A program made the position numbers and the translations under genes. From positions 124,001 through 188,000 of the IMG/VR virus record IMGVR_UViG_3300032236_002285: 64,000 bases of DNA. One strand, 5' to 3'. A model generated the notes under the pieces. It saw nothing but the letters and a program-made list of their open reading frames with translations. It did no database searches and was not told the DNA's origin. Of the stretch, positions 39,661 to 47,895 are shown piece by piece (within the stretch, counting starts at the first letter, position 1; every line of letters begins with the position of its first letter).

Positions 39661-40395
39661 TTACTTAAATTTAGATTTGATATCATCAAGATCTTTCATT
39701 CTACTTTCATGTGTAGCACTTAACAAAGTATAACTACTTGAGTAAGTACCAGCTGAATATGTTCCGTGTGTATTACCATAAATATCAATAACTTCATAAT
39801 TATCAATAATAATAGCATAACCACCTCTATCAAGAGTTAATGGCGCACTTAAAGTATTCATTCTATTAAAAGGTCTAGAAGTTGAATCTGGACTAAACCA
39901 ATTAGGTAAAACATAATCAGACAAACCAACCTTAATATTACCTGCTAATGTATAAACTATTAAATTACTTTCAACTGGGTCACAAAGTTCAGCCGCCCAG
40001 AAAATACCATTATTATCTAAACACCATTTATTAACTACATTATTACCCATCATCTCTAATAACTCATGACATACACATTGAGCAACGGTAAATGTTGAAT
40101 TATCTTTATAAAGAACAGCACCACCATAATTCAATATTGTTTTAGCAAATACTTTAGCATAAGCTCTGCCAGATGTTTCATCATGATAACCTAAAGCACC
40201 TGGGTAATCAGTAAGATCCATTAAAAATATACTATTGTTTGGATAGTTTCTACCAGTACCTATAACTAATTGTGTAGGTGCCAATCCCCAATCATTACAA
40301 ACATTTGTAAGAAATGAATTTATAGCTTTAACCATATTTTGTAGATTAGTTGTATTAACAACCGTGCTTTGATTGAATATTGTATAGTTTATCAT
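39661..40395 (-). CDS. zincin-like metalloprotease candidate
   Basis: ALGYH, CHELLEM, ELCDPV; canonical HExxH not intact. Confidence 0.45.
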   Translation of the reverse strand: MINYTIFNQSTVVNTTNLQNMVKAINSFLTNVCNDWGLAPTQLVIGTGRNYPNNSIFLMDLTDYPGALGYHDETSGRAYAKVFAKTILNYGGAVLYKDNSTFTVAQCVCHELLEMMGNNVVNKWCLDNNGIFWAAELCDPVESNLIVYTLAGNIKVGLSDYVLPNWFSPDSTSRPFNRMNTLSAPLTLDRGGYAIIIDNYEVIDIYGNTHGTYSAGTYSSSYTLLSATHESRMKDLDDIKSKFK

Positions 40396-40450
40396 AATAG
40401 TTTTTTATTTATTGTATATATTAATAGTAAAAAATTTAATATATACAATT

Positions 40451-41419
40451 ATGATTAAAAGATATTTAGAGTTTATAAAAGAATCAAATTATAATGGCTT
40501 TAACTCACTTGGTGAGTGGGTTGAAACTCTTATGGATGATGAGTATGTTAGAAACATAATCGCTCGTTATACAAAAGATTCTGATGCTTCTATTAATTTA
40601 TCAAATGCTATTAATATCTTAGATGAGAAAGCTCAATCTGAAATTAAATCACAAATTGATAATTATTTACAAAATGGTATTGAAGAAAAAGAACCTCAGT
40701 TTTTAGTTTCAACTGATTTAGAAGAGTTAACAGAAGCACTTGCTGAAGAAATAACAATGGCTGGAAAAGGCATATTTACTTCTTTCTTAAAGGCTTTAAC
40801 ATCTTTAGGTCAAAAAGAAGTTGGACCAAATTGGTCTAAATGTCCAGATGACTTTTTACTATACTATTATTATCCTAATTTACAATCAGAACATGTAAAA
40901 CAAGTATTTTCAAGATTTAAATCTTTAAGTAGATATTTGGACCACGTTGATTATCAAAAGAATGAAGTTGATTTATACTTTGGTATTAAATGTGACGGCA
41001 ATTTTGAATATGGTTTACATTATGATGAACCAACACCAATTGGTCAATTTAAACTAAATCAATCTGTTATTAAATGGATTTGTCAGATTGAATCTAAATC
41101 CGCTCATTCATTAAAGAAGGAATTAGTTAATTTAAGTTTAGCTGATGTAATGACATTGAGTAAGATTAAATTAGATATGAAAGACTTTAATCCTGGGTTC
41201 CACGAGTCAAAAGATGTTGTGAAAATTCAAGATAAGATAATCTCTTTTGGTTACAAAGGTTTAGGTAAATGGGATAATGGTAAATTTGATGAAGGTGAAT
41301 TTATGAATATTAAAAATAACTTTACAACTTGGTTACTTACGAAGAAATGGGGTAGTAGAGTTTTAATTAGTGTTAAACCAACATCATACTATGTTTACAT
41401 ACATATAAAATTAAAATAA
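40451..41419 (+). CDS. hypothetical protein with MIKRYLEFIKE N-terminus
   Basis: ATG 40451, 5 nt after AATATATA 40438-40445. Confidence 0.8.
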   Translation: MIKRYLEFIKESNYNGFNSLGEWVETLMDDEYVRNIIARYTKDSDASINLSNAINILDEKAQSEIKSQIDNYLQNGIEEKEPQFLVSTDLEELTEALAEEITMAGKGIFTSFLKALTSLGQKEVGPNWSKCPDDFLLYYYYPNLQSEHVKQVFSRFKSLSRYLDHVDYQKNEVDLYFGIKCDGNFEYGLHYDEPTPIGQFKLNQSVIKWICQIESKSAHSLKKELVNLSLADVMTLSKIKLDMKDFNPGFHESKDVVKIQDKIISFGYKGLGKWDNGKFDEGEFMNIKNNFTTWLLTKKWGSRVLISVKPTSYYVYIHIKLK

Positions 41420-41422
41420 GAT

Positions 41423-41734
41423 ATGAAATACTTAAAGAAATATAACGAGAATGTAGAACAACAAGACCCTGAGTTTGCTATTGCTAAGATTAAAGGTAGA
41501 TATCCTGAAGATATGGCTAAAGAAATGTTAGACAAAGAAGTTAAACAATGGATTCCAGATGATAAGGATCCTGATTTCTACTCCACTTCAGGAAATGGTG
41601 AAGCAGAAGATGTTATTATTGATCAAATGATTGGTTGGTTTGAGAAAAAGTATTATGCTTTATCTGAAGAAAACTTTCAAAAGGTAAAAGAACTGATTCT
41701 AAAAGAGTATGAATTCTTAAACTTCAACTACTAA
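41423..41734 (+). CDS. hypothetical protein with MKYLKKYNE N-terminus
   Basis: 103-aa ORF. Confidence 0.75.
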   Translation: MKYLKKYNENVEQQDPEFAIAKIKGRYPEDMAKEMLDKEVKQWIPDDKDPDFYSTSGNGEAEDVIIDQMIGWFEKKYYALSEENFQKVKELILKEYEFLNFNY

Positions 41735-41779
41735 ACTAATAAAAAAAAATTTTCTATAACAAGAAAAGTTTTTTTGTTT

Positions 41780-42214
41780 ATGGAAAAACCAAGTAAAGAA
41801 GATATAATGAAAAAATGGGCTCCTGTTTTAGAGTCTATGGGTATGACTGGATCTCAATTGGATAATTTATCACAACTAACCGAAAATCAACCAAATCAAA
41901 TATTAGAAGAAACTAAAACTGAAGAGTTTCCAAGTTTATTACCAATAGCTATGAGGGTAGCCGCTAGAACAATATCAAATGATTTAATATTTGCTTCACA
42001 AGAAGAAATTGACCAAGTTAAAAAGAAAGTTCAATCTGAAAATCGTGATGGTAAGATTGAAGCCATTATAGAAGATAAAGAATTTACTGAGAAGAAATTA
42101 GAAGATGATGAAGAGTATAAGGAATTGATGAAAAAAGGTGTTAAACCTATGTCGGCACCTTCAGGAACTTTATTCTATTTAGATTATAAGTATGGAGGAG
42201 ACAAAGATGAGTAA
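41780..42214 (+). CDS. mini protein resembling the N-terminal part of a T4 gp23-type major capsid protein
   Basis: KEDIMKKWAPVLESMG, LLPIAMRVAARTI, KPMSAPSGTLFYLDYKYG; about 144 aa; internal RDGKIEAII helix. Confidence 0.7.
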   Translation: MEKPSKEDIMKKWAPVLESMGMTGSQLDNLSQLTENQPNQILEETKTEEFPSLLPIAMRVAARTISNDLIFASQEEIDQVKKKVQSENRDGKIEAIIEDKEFTEKKLEDDEEYKELMKKGVKPMSAPSGTLFYLDYKYGGDKDE

Positions 42215-42392
42215 ATATGTAAGTCCTGGAGTTTATATTAAAGAAACTGATTGGAGTGGTATTTATCCAGTATTTCAAAGAAATCTTTTAAGAAAGAATA
42301 AAATAGCTAAAATCTTTGGTTTAGATGTTAGATCGCTTATTATAACTTCAACTCCAAAAGGTCCAAATAATTTTCCAATTATTGCTTGGTGA
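42207..42392 (+). CDS. 61-aa chimera: tail-sheath N-terminal motif, RKNKIAKIF helix, terminase motif-III-like segment
   Basis: MSKYVSPGVYIKETD...LRKNKIAKIFG...LIITSTPKGPNNF; ATG 42207 overlaps upstream stop (ATGAGTAA). Confidence 0.7.
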   Translation: MSKYVSPGVYIKETDWSGIYPVFQRNLLRKNKIAKIFGLDVRSLIITSTPKGPNNFPIIAW

Positions 42393-42421
42393 GGAACATG
42401 AGTGTATAATATATACTCATA

Positions 42422-42754
42422 ATGATTACCGTTTATCTTATATGTGCTGAATTTGACGGCACAAGATTATTTAAAATAGGACATACTCGTAGAAGAGTAG
42501 AAGAAAGAATGAAAGAGTTTAGAACGGGAAATGGCTCTGATCTTTATATAGTCAATCAGTTTAAATCTAAATGGGGCACTAAAATAGAAGCTCAACTTCA
42601 TAGAAGATTCAATTCAAAAAAAGCTAATGGTGAGTGGTTCGCCTTAGATGATGATGATGTGATGGAATTTAAACCTTATTGTGAACTAGCACATAATAAC
42701 TTTGAATTAATAACTACACAAAATAGTTGGTACTTAGAAAGAGGTAAATTCTAA
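42422..42754 (+). CDS. GIY-YIG-related T5orf172/MUG113-like protein
   Basis: VYLI...FKIGHT...EERMKEFRTGN...E.QLHRRF...GEWF. Confidence 0.8.
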   Translation: MITVYLICAEFDGTRLFKIGHTRRRVEERMKEFRTGNGSDLYIVNQFKSKWGTKIEAQLHRRFNSKKANGEWFALDDDDVMEFKPYCELAHNNFELITTQNSWYLERGKF

Positions 42755-42794
42755 ACAATCTAAGTTTTTAATATATAAAAATAAAAACATTAAT

Positions 42795-43061
42795 ATGGGT
42801 TCAATGAAAGAAATAGCAATTAGAGATTATATTTCTAAAATAGACTTCAAGCACGATGATTGGAAGCTTTCTCAATTAAAAGAAGACATGCGTAGATTCT
42901 TAGGTGAAGAACCAGGAATTGAAGTTGTTTATAAAAAAGATGTAATGGTGAATGAAGTATCCGGAGAATCTAAAGAATTCTTAGATATTGATAAAATTCA
43001 AATTGTATTCACTGATACAGATGACAGATTTAAAAAAATAGAATTTACATTAGGTGTTTAA
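42795..43061 (+). CDS. hypothetical protein
   Basis: 88 aa, AATATATA 42770-42777 upstream. Confidence 0.75.
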   Translation: MGSMKEIAIRDYISKIDFKHDDWKLSQLKEDMRRFLGEEPGIEVVYKKDVMVNEVSGESKEFLDIDKIQIVFTDTDDRFKKIEFTLGV

Positions 43062-43284
43062 TATGAATTTTGAAAATTACTACTTAGATATACAAAAAAT
43101 ATCTCAAATACCTTCACTTGAAGATAGGGACCAAATACATAGATACTATATGGATATGCTTATTTTTTTTACTGATGGTTCTGGTAGAGAAAAAGTATCA
43201 CAATCAATTATGAAAACACTTATCAAATCTGGGTATTTAATTGATTCTCGTGATGAAAAATTAGGTGAATTGTTAAATGGATAA
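43054..43284 (+). CDS. hypothetical protein, C-terminal RDEKLGELL helix
   Basis: 76-aa ORF containing IFFTDGS. Confidence 0.65.
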   Translation: MFNMNFENYYLDIQKISQIPSLEDRDQIHRYYMDMLIFFTDGSGREKVSQSIMKTLIKSGYLIDSRDEKLGELLNG

Positions 43285-43630
43285 CCAAATAACCGCTGAT
43301 ATTATTGACTATCTAGGTAAATACGAGAATGGTGTTCTTGTTTTACTATCTATAAACTATAAAGATAACTTTACAGAAGGTACTATTTATTATTCTGATA
43401 AAGCATTGGCTTTAACCGTTGATGAGAGTATAGAAGAAGACTTAGGTATGCGAATTGAATTTTGGCCTGGCTATAGAGATTTACTAATCTCAATTCTTAG
43501 AAGAGTTGTACCTTATAATGAAATTATTAATCGTTTAGATGAGATTGATGTTTCTAAATACTCTGATGTTAATATAGAATCAAAAGAAGCTGAAGATGTA
43601 AACGAAGACGATATTAAGAAGTCAGAATAA
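43277..43630 (+). CDS. acidic hypothetical protein
   Basis: 117 aa, start overlaps upstream stop. Confidence 0.7.
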   Translation: MDNQITADIIDYLGKYENGVLVLLSINYKDNFTEGTIYYSDKALALTVDESIEEDLGMRIEFWPGYRDLLISILRRVVPYNEIINRLDEIDVSKYSDVNIESKEAEDVNEDDIKKSE

Positions 43631-43675
43631 ACTATTTTTGATTATTTTGATATAAATAAAAAATAATCATTATGA

Positions 43676-45424
43676 ATGTTAATTAGTGAATTAGGAATTA
43701 GAGGATTCAAGTCTTATGGCAATAACGAACAAGTATTAAAATTAAACACAGAAAAAGGAGAATTAATTCTCCTTGTTGGAAATAATGGAGCTGGTAAATC
43801 ATCTCTTTTAGATTCCTTCGATTACACACTTTATGGTAAAGTTAGAGGTCGTAAAAAGAAATGGGCCACTTTATCAACACTTCCAAACAGAATTAACGGT
43901 GAATTACTTAATAGAATTAAATTTAATTCTTTAGGTACCGACGTTGAAATCAAACGTGGTATTTCACCAAGCGTATTAGAACTCATTGAAAATGGAGTAA
44001 CCAATGAAAGAGCTGGTAAAGGAAACATTGATGAAAAGATTGAAAAGTATATCGGTATGGATATTGAAACTTTCAAATCATTTATCTCAATGTCTATCAA
44101 TGACTTCAAAAACTTTATCTCTTTATCAAATGAAGAAAAACAACTTCTTTTAGACAAGTTATTTAACTTAGAAGTTATCAATATATTAAATGGTATCTTA
44201 AAAGATATTGCTAAGAGTAATAAAACCAAAGCCGCTTCTTTTGATGCTGAAATTAGAACTTTAGATGACTCTATAGCTTCTATTCAAAGGTCTATTGATA
44301 AAGCCATTGAAAGACAAAAAGAAGAAGCCAGACTAGCCTTAGAACGTGAAAAAGAAGATATTCAATCAGAGATTGATAGAATCACAAATGAGATGAATTC
44401 CAGAAAAGATGATTATAAGTCTTTGAAAGAAAAGATGGATAAAATCAAAGAAAAAGATTCTGAACTTTCTGATGAGATGGATAAAGAAAAAAGACAACTT
44501 ATCAACTGTCAGAATGATATTAAGAATGTTCAAAAAGAATTAGATTTGTATGATTCTGGTAAATGTCCAACTTGTAAAACAGATTTTGATTCAGTTCACT
44601 TTGCTAATTTAAGAACGGCTTTAGAAGAAAAGAAATTAGGCTTTGAAAATATCAAAGCTGAAATTGAAGCCAATGTTACTAAAGTAAGAGAAAGGCAAGC
44701 TAAGTTAAAATCTTTATCAGAAACTACAACAACTACTTTTAATGATTTAAGTTATTTATTGAAGAATTATAAATCAGAGATTGATAAATTAACTCAAAAG
44801 AAAGCTAGTCAAACTGCACCGGTTAATACTACACCTTCTGTCGATATTCAAGAGTTTAAAAATACAATTGATGAACTTGAAGAAAAGAAAGTCATCAGTA
44901 CTGATAAAATTACTGAGTGTAAAGAAAAAGATCTTTACTACAAAGAGTTAAATAGAATTTTTGGTGAAGATGGTGTTAAGAAATCTATCATTTCTGGTAT
45001 TATCAAACCAATCAATCACTTTATTGCTGAGAATATCAAAAAGATGGGTTTACCATTTGAAGTTAAGTTAGATGAGACTTTTACAGCTGAGATTAAACAA
45101 TTAGGTTCTCAAATTGAACACGATTCTTTATCAACTGGTGAAACTAAAAAAGTAAATATTAGTATCTTAATTGCTTACTTGAAATTGATTAGAACTAAAC
45201 GTCATATCAATATTCTCTTCTTAGACGAGGTTTTCTCATCTATTGATATAGAAGGTATAGATTCTATTTTAGCACTCTTAAAATCGTTTGCAAACGATTA
45301 TAACATCAATATCTTTGTTGTTCACCATGCTATTTTGAATCAAGAGATGTTTGATAGAATATTGAAGATTAACAAAGAAGTCTTTTCTTCAATAGAAGAA
45401 GTAAATCTTAACTATGGAAATTAA
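43676..45424 (+). CDS. SbcC/Rad50/gp46-like SMC ATPase
   Basis: GNNGAGKS Walker A, long coiled coil, CPTC zinc hook, LSTGE signature, LFLDE Walker B, VVHH. Confidence 0.92.
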   Translation: MLISELGIRGFKSYGNNEQVLKLNTEKGELILLVGNNGAGKSSLLDSFDYTLYGKVRGRKKKWATLSTLPNRINGELLNRIKFNSLGTDVEIKRGISPSVLELIENGVTNERAGKGNIDEKIEKYIGMDIETFKSFISMSINDFKNFISLSNEEKQLLLDKLFNLEVINILNGILKDIAKSNKTKAASFDAEIRTLDDSIASIQRSIDKAIERQKEEARLALEREKEDIQSEIDRITNEMNSRKDDYKSLKEKMDKIKEKDSELSDEMDKEKRQLINCQNDIKNVQKELDLYDSGKCPTCKTDFDSVHFANLRTALEEKKLGFENIKAEIEANVTKVRERQAKLKSLSETTTTTFNDLSYLLKNYKSEIDKLTQKKASQTAPVNTTPSVDIQEFKNTIDELEEKKVISTDKITECKEKDLYYKELNRIFGEDGVKKSIISGIIKPINHFIAENIKKMGLPFEVKLDETFTAEIKQLGSQIEHDSLSTGETKKVNISILIAYLKLIRTKRHINILFLDEVFSSIDIEGIDSILALLKSFANDYNINIFVVHHAILNQEMFDRILKINKEVFSSIEEVNLNYGN

Positions 45425-45701
45425 TAATCTAATAATTGAATATTTAGAAACAAGATATAATAAAGTTATTAATATCAAGCGTCAAAATTATGATATGGCG
45501 GCTAATTTTAGAGATCTAGAAAGAGAGTTGTCTATTAAGATATTTAGAATTATTAAAGGTGATTATAATGATTTGAATTATAAACAATCAGAAGATGAAA
45601 TTGGTAATTATTGCTTAAAAGAATTTAATTGTAGTATTTATGATTATAATTGTATAAAAGCGATTAAGCGACATATAAAATTAAAGGATTTAGGAATATA
45701 A
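45414..45701 (+). CDS. small protein with UVR (ClpC/UvrB-type) coiled-coil motif and RHIKLKDL helix
   Basis: KRQNYDMAANFRDLEREL. Confidence 0.6.
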   Translation: MEINNLIIEYLETRYNKVINIKRQNYDMAANFRDLERELSIKIFRIIKGDYNDLNYKQSEDEIGNYCLKEFNCSIYDYNCIKAIKRHIKLKDLGI

Positions 45702-45729
45702 AAAAGCCTCTGATTTCTCAGAGGCTTTT
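45702..45729. terminator. bidirectional intrinsic terminator
   Basis: AAAAGCCTCTGA-TTTC-TCAGAGGCTTTT. Confidence 0.88.
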
Positions 45730-45744
45730 CTTTTAATATATTTT

Positions 45745-47154
45745 TTAGCAGTCGTAACAATCTACTGTTCCTCTACCACTACAATTATCACATTCTACTG
45801 TACCATCTCCGTTACATTCTGGACAATCTGTTTCATTTCCCTCTTCATCTTCAATGTGACCTAATCCTTCACAATTTGAACAATCAACACTTCCATCTCC
45901 ACCACAATCGTCACATTCCATTCTACCCGTTCCGCCGCAAGTATCACAAGGTCTAACATAGTCACCACCTGTATCTTCTAAGAAATAACAACCACCAGTA
46001 TCTTCACTTGAAATAGTTTTTTTACGAGGATTGAAATATTTAAGTGTATCTAAGTAAGGGAAATTATCCATACTAGCATCAGTTAAATTAACCGTTAAAT
46101 CTAAATTAACTCTACTTCCATCCGGTGCTACAGCTTGATTACTATCTGAACTATTATTATATTCTTTATAATACCAACCATTTTCTTTAGCATAATCTCT
46201 GAATAATTGAACATCTGAATCATTTACCGTATAAACTCTGTCTAAGAATTCTTTACCATCTCTTAACTTCCAAAGTAAAGCTCTACCAACAATTTTTTCA
46301 GTATCATCCATTGATTTGTAAATAACTAAACCAACTTCTGGATTAGCAGTGTAAACTTCTAACCAACTATCTGGAGCACCAGCCATACAAGACGAACCTA
46401 AAGTCCCACTTCTTTGATAATAATTTGAGTTATGATACCAGTGAGCAATATCAGAACCCCTAACAACTTCAAAGTAAGAGAATTTATCATTCATCTTATC
46501 AATAGTAGCTTTATATAAATTTACAAATTGTTCAAAATCTCTATCAGCAAATGTAGTAATACCAGCAGCTCTTAAAAGTGCTCTCATAGCTCTACCTACT
46601 TTTACTTCTTGTCTGTTTGTTGACCAAACTTTTTTAATTCTCTCATCAACAGCTCTTATCTTTTCAACATTATAAACACCTTGACCAACATCATTACCTG
46701 ATTGGTCTTTGAATTTAACCCAAGCATAAGTTTTACCTGATTGTTCAGATGTTACTCTAGCAATAACCTCACCTAAATCTGTAGATTGTGGTTTATAAGG
46801 CTCAGAGCCTTCTTCAAATGTATAACCTAGTTGAGTAAATAATTTTGCATTTGAATCTTTGTGTTTTAACCAACCACCACCAGAACCGATAAATCTAACT
46901 ACTTCTTTAGTATCACCTAAAATCTCTTGAGCTTTTCTATCAGGAGTAAAAGTAATTGTATCGTTTTTTGTGAACTCAATATCAAGGTAATTAGCTTGAA
47001 CATTGTAGTCATTATTTTCAGCATCTAAAATAGCTTTCGCTACAGGGCTGTCAATCTTAGTCATTGCTTTTCTGAAGTTATCGGAATAAACAACATTAGA
47101 TTCTAGAATAAATTCTAGGTTTTCGTTTATAAAATCTGAATATTTTTTAATCAT
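45745..47154 (-). CDS. SCM/RALLW/PYLDT family protein with capsid-targeting-like N-terminus and C-terminal CxxCxGxG zinc finger
   Basis: MIKKYSDFINE; LGSSCM, GRALLW, FLDRVY, FPYLDT; six CxxC units at C-terminus. Confidence 0.8.
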   Translation of the reverse strand: MIKKYSDFINENLEFILESNVVYSDNFRKAMTKIDSPVAKAILDAENNDYNVQANYLDIEFTKNDTITFTPDRKAQEILGDTKEVVRFIGSGGGWLKHKDSNAKLFTQLGYTFEEGSEPYKPQSTDLGEVIARVTSEQSGKTYAWVKFKDQSGNDVGQGVYNVEKIRAVDERIKKVWSTNRQEVKVGRAMRALLRAAGITTFADRDFEQFVNLYKATIDKMNDKFSYFEVVRGSDIAHWYHNSNYYQRSGTLGSSCMAGAPDSWLEVYTANPEVGLVIYKSMDDTEKIVGRALLWKLRDGKEFLDRVYTVNDSDVQLFRDYAKENGWYYKEYNNSSDSNQAVAPDGSRVNLDLTVNLTDASMDNFPYLDTLKYFNPRKKTISSEDTGGCYFLEDTGGDYVRPCDTCGGTGRMECDDCGGDGSVDCSNCEGLGHIEDEEGNETDCPECNGDGTVECDNCSGRGTVDCYDC

Positions 47155-47184
47155 TTTCAACTATGTTATATTTTAAGATATAAG

Positions 47185-47201
47185 TATATATTAAATATAT
47201 A
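47185..47201. promoter_or_regulatory. back-to-back AATATATA late-promoter candidates
   Basis: TATATATT (47185-47192, minus) and AATATATA (47194-47201, plus) between divergent genes. Confidence 0.55.
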
Positions 47202-47224
47202 AACTACAAAAAACAATTTTTAAT

Positions 47225-47413
47225 ATGCTAGAAATTAAAGTAGAAGGTGTTGGTATTGAAAAAGCCTTAAAAACACTTAAAAGAAAATTTGACAAAACTA
47301 AAACTCTTAGACAATTAAGAGATAGAAAAGAATTTGTTAAAAAATCAGTTAAAAGAAGAGCTGAAATAAACAAAGCTAAATATGTTCAAGAAAAGTTTGG
47401 TAACAACGATTAA
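47225..47413 (+). CDS. rpsU: 30S ribosomal protein bS21
   Basis: IEKALKTLKRKFDKTKTLRQLRDRKEFVKKSVKRR...KAKY resembles Bacteroidota bS21. Confidence 0.92.
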   Translation: MLEIKVEGVGIEKALKTLKRKFDKTKTLRQLRDRKEFVKKSVKRRAEINKAKYVQEKFGNND

Positions 47414-47693
47414 GAATTTATTCAGTGATAATCAAAGAACATTTGATTTAGGTAAACTACAAAAGGTTGGTTTTATAAAACCTTTAGAAGATCTATCTGG
47501 TTGTCCTAATTGTAAAAGTAAAAACATATCTTGGAAGTTCTTTATACCAGTAGATGGCTCAAAACCTACACAACCATCTTTATCTATCTGTAAAGATTGT
47601 GGATATCAAGATATAAGAGGTGAATTTGAAAAAACAAACAAATCATTACTTAGAGAAAAGAAAATTAATAAGATATTAGATGGGATTCAATAA
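47382..47693 (+). CDS. zinc-ribbon protein with REKKINKIL helix
   Basis: CPNC...CKDC. Confidence 0.7.
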   Translation: MFKKSLVTTIKNLFSDNQRTFDLGKLQKVGFIKPLEDLSGCPNCKSKNISWKFFIPVDGSKPTQPSLSICKDCGYQDIRGEFEKTNKSLLREKKINKILDGIQ

Positions 47694-47895
47694 GAGATAT
47701 ATTAATAAAGATAGTTTATTATCAGCCGCTTCTAATGGCTTAGATTATTTAATTAACTATGTAGTTAAGCCAGATGCTCTTATTATAGAGTCAGATGGTA
47801 TATCACATCAAATTTGTGATATTGTTGGTCTTACAAAGGACAAAAGTGAGATGAAGAAAAAATTAAAAGAAATAGGATTCTATGAATTTGAATAA
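47680..47895 (+). CDS. hypothetical protein
   Basis: 71 aa, overlaps both neighbours. Confidence 0.7.
   Translation: MGFNKRYINKDSLLSAASNGLDYLINYVVKPDALIIESDGISHQICDIVGLTKDKSEMKKKLKEIGFYEFE

Noticed and set aside
42194-42200. Strong SD (GGAGGAG) upstream of the sheath/terminase chimera
   Set aside because: Explained by Gly-Gly codons of the overlapping upstream ORF; no independent support for function.
41780-42392. A true capsid/sheath locus broken by frameshifts
   Set aside because: Both ORFs end cleanly and are followed by unrelated intact genes, with no continuation visible in other frames; read-level confirmation is still advisable.
7999-43666. T4 late promoter TATAAATA within a shared 16-mer TATAAATAAAAAATAA (7999 and 43651)
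   Set aside because: Only two copies of pure A/T sequence; plausible by chance at this composition.
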